DNA of 64,000 nt from Bugula neritina (taxonomy: Eukaryota; Animalia; Bryozoa): NCBI GenBank assembly GCA_964035545.1, contig OZ037773.1:7283751-7347750 (forward strand), in the 5' to 3' direction. The position numbers were made by a program, and so were the translations under genes. Each line of letters begins with the position of its first letter. Position 1 is the first letter of the stretch. Shown here one piece after another: positions 55,110 to 64,000 of this stretch. The notes under the pieces are model-generated. The model saw only the letters and a program-made list of their open reading frames with translations, did no database searches and was not told where the DNA came from.

Positions 55110-57225
55110 ATGTTGTCAATGAAACCCACAGAGTCTGATGAATTACTTGCAGTTAGAATTAATAAGGTAACAACTCCCTTATAGTTGGGATATGTGCATT
55201 CACTTTGGTTACAGGAAAGAAGTCTTATGCTAAAGTCTATTGAGATTAGTAATAATCTATATACTTTGTGTAAGGGGGTAATTTCGAAAGGCTAATGTAA
55301 AACTAAAAGCTGGATTCAAACACCAAGTTGTAGCCTAAACTTTCGATCAATGTCTATCTGCACACGTATACTAAGCAACTGATTGTGCATTGTAGATAGA
55401 ATTATATGTATTTATCTTAATTGTCAGAGGGGTGCACCTAACAAGCCCTGTGATGAAAAGCTTGGAGCTGTAGTACATAATATTACTAGTATAATAGTAA
55501 AATACAAGTACAATTTTATATGCTGGTTTATAAGATGTACTTTATGTGTAGGTTGAAGGTACAGAAATGATTCTGCAGCAAAAAGAAGAAGACTGCCAGA
55601 ATAGATACAAAAATCTTTTGGAGTTTGACGAGGTGAAAATTACCTACAATACTATAAGTTACTATAATACCTACAATACTGTAAGTTATTATAATACCTA
55701 CAATACTGTAAGTTACTATACTACCACCTACAATACTATAAGTTACTATAATACCTACAATACTGTAAGTTACTATACTACCACCTACAAAACTGTAAGT
55801 TACTATATTACCTACAATACTATAAGTTACTATAATACCTACAATACTATAAGTTACTATAATAGCTACAATACTATAAGTTACTATAATAGCCTACCTA
55901 CAATACTATAAGTTATTATAATACCTACAATACTAAAAGTTAATTTACTGTTTGCTACACAATAATCATATCCTAACATTTTCACAAAGCACCTGCTTTT
56001 ATTCACCCAGAGTTCCAAGTAATACATTACAGTCCTGTATTGAGGTATAATCATGTATTATTTTGACTAAGTAGTAATAATTTACCAGCTTTCCATAGTG
56101 CAAGCTTGGCCTATAGACATTTTCTTCCTATATACAGAAGATATAGCTTATTCCAGTCATCATCACTAAATGAAACACCAACACTTCACCGTGAGAGTAG
56201 AGATTTCAGATACATCCTGTGAGTAAGTAAGCTCAAACAGGTTATAGAATTCAGATTAGACCTTTACATGTTTCTTCCAGGCTCTTCGTTTACTTCAAGC
56301 TGAGTTGAGGAAAAAGGAGACAGTTTTAGATGTGAGAGAGGAGCTAATAGAGTTCATAGAGGAAGGCCACCATCCTTACGAAGCACTGCTGAAAAGGTCA
56401 GTATAAGTTGTTCTCACAACTTCTTGAAAGTGAGGCTACAATACTCCTTTTAGGTGCAGTATAAAGAAGATAGCTTGAGCTCTTAAATTCTTTTGGTAAA
56501 TGTTGGTTTGGGGCGTGGGTTGAAATTTCTCATGTTAATATATATTTTGCATTACAACATAAATGGCTATAAAGAACAGAAATGTTTTAGCCTAATTTCC
56601 TAGTCCTAATAATGCTTTATATACTTTGAGGCGTTACAAGAACCACCCATAATGTTACAGCCACCTCAGTGAGCAGAAAGTAAAGAAACTGACTCTTGAT
56701 ATGAGCAGAGTGCAGCAAAAGCTGGCCCAAGCATATCAACAGCTACTAGAAAAAGACAGAGAAATAATCCACCTGAAAGAAGAGGTGACAACTCTTCATA
56801 ATAAGATTGTAATGAGCTACTGTATATAACAAAAATAGGCCTGTACACCATATACACAGTAGCATCTTATAGTTTATTCCTATTAAATGTAGTATAATCA
56901 TTTTATATTTTGTTTTAAGATTGCCAAAGTAGAAATAACTCGAACCAACGTCAACTCTTCAAGGAAGGAAAAGAAGTCAAACGTGGAAAAAGTCAACATG
57001 AAGAAGTTTCAAGATTCTCCGGCACAAACACCCAAGGATGTAGCTTTCCAAAGGAGACACACGACTATTATTTTGGAAGGTGTTCAAACACAAACTGCAG
57101 ATCATGTGATGTCTAACAAGAATGCCCCCAGAGATAAAGTTGTCAAGAGAAGACAATCCTTTCCGCTTACTAAAACAGATAAAACTACGTCAAACTACGA
57201 CAGTAAAGTCTGTATGATACAGTAG
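55110..57225 (+). CDS. Uncharacterised ~225-aa coiled-coil protein with C-terminal CaaX motif (CMIQ)
   Basis: Five phase-compatible GT-AG exons: 55110-55166, 55552-55632, 56281-56396, 56661-56784, 56920-57225. Heptad-rich N-half (EALRLLQAELRKKETVLDVREELI; VQQKLAQAYQQLLEKDREIIHLKEEI); ends ...YDSKVCMIQ*. Confidence 0.72.
55639..55935. repeat. 27/30-bp minisatellite (TACCTACAATACTATAAGTTACTATAA) starting ~6 nt after a donor
   Basis: Direct. Confidence 0.92.
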
Positions 57226-58378
57226 AGCAGCTGATCACCAATACTTGACTAACTGATGTAGTCCTCTACATTGCAAAAACATATTGTTTGCAGTAATAGT
57301 TGGAATTTATATTAAATATACAGTTTATAAAGTTAAACTGACATCTATATCCACCTAAGCTGATTAGTTTTGAGCACCAAGTTGTGATGCAGAATGAGAG
57401 CTCCAGAATTATTTAACAGGGAATTATAAGAAATGGTGTCAAAAGCATGGAAGGAGTTTTATCTAGAGATATCTTTTACTTTATAGTTTGAATCTTCAAG
57501 TGCTATCAGCATTATCTGATGAGCCAATAACTATCAAGTTAAAGGAAGAATAACTCAACGCACACAAGTATACCAGTAAATCTAGCCGCTGCAAGTAGGT
57601 TGTTATCAAGATACAATCAGATTACAAAAGAAAAACACTTTTAACAAACACCAAGAAGCTGTTTTGGTATATTATTATTGATAGTAAAAGATCTTTATTT
57701 ATTTAAAATCTTAATAGCAAATAAAAAATTGGAATTTTGATACTAAATAAGTTGCCTAATGTTTGCATACATATAAGCTTCGGCACCCAATTCATAAGTA
57801 GCTTTAACAACGAGTTGCATAATGTTAAGAGTTTTCCAAGACTGTACATTGAGTTGCTGCATGCTCATGAATTCTACATGCTAATTTCCAGTAAATATTT
57901 AAAAAACAGTAACTACATTTAGATACAAAACGGCAGTCGTGCACATGCAGGTAGAAAACTTACAAATTTGTTCCGTACGCTAGATAAATATGTATAATAA
58001 AATTAAGTATCAAGAGAAAGCAACTTCTCGTTGGCTACCTTTTTAGATTTGCAAGTAAAACATGAATGAAAGGGTCTGCAAAAGCAGAAAGAAAAACTCT
58101 TTGGTGTAATAATTGAGAATGCTATATACAGATAAAATTGCGTATCGTCAGGGGGCAGGCAACTTCGCTTTCGGGCAGATGTGAAATCAGTAAACCACAA
58201 ACATGCAAATCGGTGAATCAGCTACAGCACACTGGCCAAGCTCCTAGGTAATAGAAAGTTGTTTTGAGATTATAATTCAGTCAACTCCAACACGGAAGAC
58301 GATTCGAGAAGAAACCACGACATCACGTCACTACTGAACCCAACAAGTCCCTAGCACCACACAAGGCTCGTGGTTGGT

Positions 58379-61300
58379 TCAAATCATAGGCCCGCCCCCG
58401 CCTTTGGGTATGGTGACGTTGGGGGGTACCATGTTCTCACTGGAGCGGCGGTGAGGGGGAATCATGGGATTGCCGTAGTAATCCGTCAGCTGCACATTGG
58501 GTGGGGCGTTTGAAGTAGGCACCCCGTAGGCTATTGTAGACCTACTCCCTGGTATAGGAGTGCCATTTGCCCGCAGTGTAGACATACCAGACCCTCCACC
58601 TGCCAGACACAAAACATATACACTTGTACAACCAATCACTTGTAAGGACCACAGTCTATTACTACACAGAGCCTAGAGTAGGAGCATCAGCCTGTAAACT
58701 CACCTTCTGAGCTCGACCCATCTCCTTTCTCTTCCTCACGGCGCTTCAGACAGGCTGATTTAGGATTTAGGTTTCTTTCTGAAATGACAATTGCACTAAT
58801 CTTAACATACGCTTGTGATGTTTATATTAAAACATATCAACAGTTTACCACTATATAAAATAGTATTATATAAAATACATTACTATAATATATAATACTA
58901 TATATGCAGTGCTTATATACAAGCTTACACTGTCACATAGCATATAAATAAATGGTAACAAATCTACAACAGACACTGATTATAGCAACTGATTTTCGGC
59001 TCACAAGTGTTTTCTTCTGTGAAACTCTCAACACTGAAATTGTCTCCCCAAATTTAGAAGCTAATAAATTGTAACTCAAGCCTACATCACAGATTAATCA
59101 GTTCTAGACAGACAGACAAACAGACAGACATAGCTTACCCCGAACATTCTTCTCAAGATTCTGGATTATAGACACGGCTTGCTGCAAAACATTGAGCTTA
59201 GTTTGAGGTTTATCAGTTTGAAGGTGGGACTGACACATGCGCCCCAATTCTTTGAATGCCTCATTGATGTCTCTCACTCTAATTCTTTCTCTAGCATTGT
59301 TTGCCTGTCGTCTTTGCTTCTCTCGCTCTACTTTCTGCTCGGGAGTTTCGTCTTCTAAATCTTCACCACTGAAAAACAAAATAATGTAACCTTGATTTTA
59401 AGTCTTTCTTGAATTTCAAATTAGTTACAGAGAGTTGTCTACTCAATATATTATAGGAAAACTTTCAGCATCCTAAATTGGGGCAGATCCATGAAAACTA
59501 GTAACTGCCATTTGTGTAGCAGCTACGAGAGTTTTAAAAGTAAAAATGTCAAAACATTCTATTTGCATAAGATCTAGTTGACTAGATATATAACACAAGT
59601 AGCCATCTCAGTCGGTAAGTGGAGAGTTGGTAACTGTAAGAGACCTACCCTATTTCCGACGAAGTAGGAGACTCGGGACTTTGGTATCGTGCTCTCTTTG
59701 CTGACTTAGACGAGACAGAATCAGGAGGAGATAACACTTCTTCTTCGACTGACTTTGCTGCGTCCAATTTGTGCTTTTTTGATTTAGACTTTGGTTCTTG
59801 GGATTTACTAGAACTGGAGGGAGTTTCTGCTGGAAACTGAGGCATATTCTGTAAAATTAATTAGTTCTGATGTGCAACCAGGTTGCATAGACTCACTGGA
59901 AAAGGAAAATAGTCTGAAAAAGATATAGCAAGCTAATCTTCAGGACAAAAGTTTAAATAAAAATAGTCTATAAAGTACATGCAGTATAGCATCAGCTTAG
60001 CTGCATTCCAATTCAATTGTCCAGCACTGGCACTCATTTTTAACACAAGTGTTGCAAAACTGAAAGAGTATGGTGAGTGCTTTACATGCCAACATATTAA
60101 TGATAGTGTACGCTATTTTCCGAAAAGACAACTCCAGCTCTAACTGGTACGCAGGTAAATTAGGTTCAGGATGTAACCTACATCCTGGGAGTATGGTAAC
60201 CTACCATTGAGGCATTTGTATGCATATTGCCAGGCAAATGAGATTTCTGTGTGTGGATTTTATTTGAGCTATTAGGGGGCGAAGGAAGATGGGCGGAGCT
60301 ACCAGGGTAAACATTAGCATGGCCTTCGAGCACACGTAAAGCATCGTCTAAGTTAGAATCTGGGGTAGGCAAGGCATGCTGCAAGCATACATTGAAAAGC
60401 TGCAGGTAAAGCTACTATGTAAAAGGCAGGAAGTGATGAAAACAACAAAGTGGACAACTCCGAACCAGAATAAAGGTTTAGTGTGTGTCACTACAAGTGC
60501 TTTTGGTTACTAGCAAAGACGTCAAGTATCCGTTACTTGGTGGTCTTGGAAAATCATCTTTTTTTCAAAACAAATAAAACAAAAGTTATTGAAAAAGATC
60601 TCATCAAGGGTAGCCAAAAGCACATGTGGAGACAATCTAATAAGACAATAGCATAACAAACATCTACCAAAAGTATATGAAGCAAGCAATACAAGTCTAC
60701 ACCTAACAGTACACACTAAACACACACACAACAGCACATGGGGAGCTGACTATTATACATTATATTATATTATAGTTCCTGCACCCAAATTTTGAGCCTT
60801 TCAAGTATTGAAGGTGATTTCATGTTGTGAACATGCAAGCAAGCAATGAAAAGTTTGAAGAAGAATGGGCATCACAAAATTTAAACAGTGAAAACTTTTT
60901 AGCAACGACATTTTGTCTCTTGCAAAGTTTGTGTGTCCAAAACTTGTTTCCTCTGATAATCTAAACAGGTAACACATATGCATACTCCAGCCAATCAGAG
61001 GGTTTCTGACAGTACTCTAGCCATTCAGAGTGTTCCTGACAGTCACACATTGAGTTTACAACATGACTGGTTCGTTGAAAACCTGCTTAGTTCTAGTGTG
61101 ACCCAACCATAAACCTGCACAGCTAGCCACCCACCACTATAACCAAATGGACAGACAGACACCGTGCGGCTACCTACCATGCCTTTGTCATATGGTGGAG
61201 ACTGGGAGGAGGATACAGGAGTTGAAGGGAGATAACCTCCACGACTAGAGTCGGGGTACATCTACAAAACAAGTTAAGGATGTGTCAATATGTTCTACAA

Positions 61301-63884
61301 ACGCTGCTTCATCGCAATGTTTTGGCAGATGCCTTTTCTGCCCTCAAGTAAGAATTGAGAATTTGATAAATTCAAGGATTGAACCTGAAGCAATAATTTA
61401 TTTAGAAGACATCAAAAATAATTCTGTATTTTGGCCTACATACGCATATAGATACACAAAGTTACAAGTAAAAGGGACAAAAGCAATGAAACTAGAAAAC
61501 TAGAAATGTACAACTGCCGCTCTAGAAATGTACAACTGTAGCTCTAGAAACTACAACTGCAGCTTGCTTCCCATGTAGAAAGCATTCACATTTATAACAA
61601 TGCTAGACTGCTGTCAAACCTGAAGATAAATTACTCAAAATACCTCATCAGTTGCCAGTAGATTATATTTTTAGATGAAATAAGATCTACAAATTGTCAA
61701 CTAGTGAATAGAAAGAAAAACACATGACAAGGAAAGTATGTTTTGATAACAAACTTGAGCCAATGATGTCAAATATTTATCAACTAGCAAACTTGAAGTA
61801 GATTGAGAAATGGACTAACTTAGTTTCTGGAGCTGTTGGATAGACCAGAGTCTTTACCCTGCAGTGAGGGGAGGTGCCCACACGGAGGGGTAGGTGCCCT
61901 ATATATTGAGAAAGTAGCAGATTTCTACCCCTCAACCTATTCCCAACTGGGAGAACTCTGATATCATTTAGCCATCATGAGAATTTGATGACACAGAATA
62001 AAGATCTCTATCTCATCCCAGCACCGAGAGTGAATGAGGAAATTTTTGTAAGAATAAGTTTGACTAGCCATAGTGAACATGGGGTTTAACTCAATGCCAA
62101 AGGTGACTTAACATACTATTGCTAGTTCAACAATGCTTCAGTATGAACTGTAGAGAGTACACTTTAATGGAGCATCAATGAGTGATGGAAGTATCAGATG
62201 AACATATAATATCTGGCAAACCTCTTGACTTGCACTAAATTGAAGCAAAAAATGCCGAGATATGAGTGAGAACTGGCGTTTAATGGACATAAAAAGGAGG
62301 AGCCGAGGTCAAAGGGGCAATCAAAGGGCAAACACCTACTACCAACGAAGATATCACTGAAACACCATGGCTTTGATGAAAGCATTATCATTTTATCTTA
62401 ATTTTATTGCCTAATTATTTTTATGTATAACAAATTTAGACTTCAAAGCCTACTGTTTGCTGCAAATCTCTTATTGGCATCTTTCCCACTGGATAATTAC
62501 AAAATTAAATTTATTCGGTAAACAAAATTTTAATTTAGCCATTCACAAAAAGTAAAGATTTATGACTACCCTTCTATACTAATACTAAATCTAGCCCATT
62601 GCCATTGCTGGAGAGCTAGACTACTATTAGCAATAGACTAGCAAGCTGATGAGACAACTCCCATAATACACTCAGTACTGAAAAATCCTACAAATCACTA
62701 TTTTCTAGAAGCTTCTGCAGTGTGAATGCACCAATATGAGACTAAGACCGCCTCAGTTCTCGAACGCACCAGAGACTGCAGGGTGGGTGCATGTGCAACT
62801 GTCACCATAAAACTGGGCTATTGTGGACAGAGAAAGCTAACGTCTGCTTACAGAGGAAGACATTGTTTTGCCGAGAGTTTCCGTGGGAGACGTGACTTGC
62901 GGACATCTGCTCGCTGCCGGCAGCACGGCGCTGCCATTGTGTTTAGTGGAAGAGACCTCTGGTGGGGTAGACTCGCTGGACTGACTGCTCTGTCGTCTAG
63001 GGTAGCTAGGAGGGTGGTTAGTAGGTGTGTGTGAGTTAGCCTGTGAACAGTGCTGTGGAATGACGGGGTGTGCTTGTGCAGTTTGCATGTATACCTGTAA
63101 CAAGACAGGGGAGATGAATGCGTGCCCGTGGGTTATCTAGCCAGTATTCAAACAGCACACAATTTAGCTTAGCAAATTAGCATATAGTGTGACCTAGTAA
63201 AGGTATTGCAAGTCCTGTAACCACTTGCATACAGTTTCTACAAGTTTTCTATGCTAAGGGAAGACAAATTCTAACTGAGATATTACTTAAATTACATCTA
63301 GTATTTTGACAATGAGTCAGTAAGGTTTAAAAACTGAAAGAAGGTACTGACAACCTAGATTTCTCAAAAGAATGACTGCTGCTATGAAATAACTAGTACT
63401 AGTATTCACATTCAAATATAAATATAATGACTAATAAGTAACCATCCACAACTGATGGCTTATAATTATAACAACGAATTACACTATTAGAAGTGATATA
63501 GCAGCTTTAGGTGGGGTTAAAGTTTAATGCTTGTGCCTTCGAGTTAGACTACACCACAGTTGGCAGTTGCTGAATGAAAAAGTTCAGCTCTGGACATAGA
63601 GAACTATAGAAGCAAACACTAGCAACCACTTGCTCACACATGCTAAGGAACAACAATGACACCAGTGCCCTCTATGGCTGGTAGGCAGACTATTACAAAG
63701 TTATTGCCAAACATACAAACAATCAAATATTGCAGAAGAGTAAAGAGAGATAGCGCTGCAGCACCTACCATTTGCGGTATATGAGCTTGAGGTGGAGCTG
63801 TGTTGGCAGGTGGTTGCATGTAGTTCTGTGGTGCATATGGACTCCGGATTAAGGGAGGTGGTTGACATGGATATACACTCCCAT
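58379..63884 (-). CDS. TCF12: Class I bHLH E-protein (daughterless / TCF12 / TCF4 / E2A family), 3' portion; 5' end lies beyond the window
   Basis: bHLH exon 59139-59368 [55 protein letters not shown], next exon 58704-58778 [18 protein letters not shown], conserved [12 protein letters not shown] motif (cf. LDDAIHVLRNHA), last exon 58379-58599, further S/P-rich exons up to 63768-63884. Confidence 0.93.
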
Positions 63885-64000
63885 CTGCAGACATAGAATG
63901 AGAAATTGATGATCATATTGTTAATAAACAAACGGTAACACTTGAGCAAGCATTGATTCAGATTAGCATGTAACAAGCTGTGTTGCTTCAAGCTTCTTTT

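Noticed and set aside
56138-56218. Extra exon of the CaaX gene (AG...CCT|GTGAGT)
   Set aside because: No acceptor/donor pair preserves the frame, and the flanking exons join in frame without it. It could only be a poison exon.

Overview
AT-rich, intron-dense eukaryotic genomic DNA from an invertebrate metazoan (style suggests a lophotrochozoan; the species cannot be fixed from sequence). Manual splicing supports six protein genes. (1) An uncharacterised ~14-exon gene, + strand, 1834-8977. (2) A complete ~38-exon MED12, - strand, 10353-32474. (3) CTDP1/FCP1, + strand, 35105-43030, head-to-head with MED12. (4) An ETNPPL/PHYKPL-type PLP-dependent phospho-lyase, + strand, 45215-53657, with an intronic tRNA-Ala(AGC). 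(5) An unrecognised coiled-coil protein ending in a CaaX box, + strand, 55110-57225. (6) The 3' part of an E-protein bHLH gene (daughterless/TCF12/TCF4), - strand, from 58379 to the window edge. Mobile DNA comprises a 1.6 kb palindromic hAT-type element with an 8-bp TSD inside the MED12/CTDP1 shared promoter, a Harbinger MITE, several small MITEs and a tRNA-derived SINE family. The most unusual pattern is about 20 mutually unrelated intronic minisatellites, most abutting splice sites. Several are built from the exon/intron junction itself, so each unit reads GT...AG, giving arrays of donor or AG|GT sites. All exon structures are manual inferences without RNA data or database searches.
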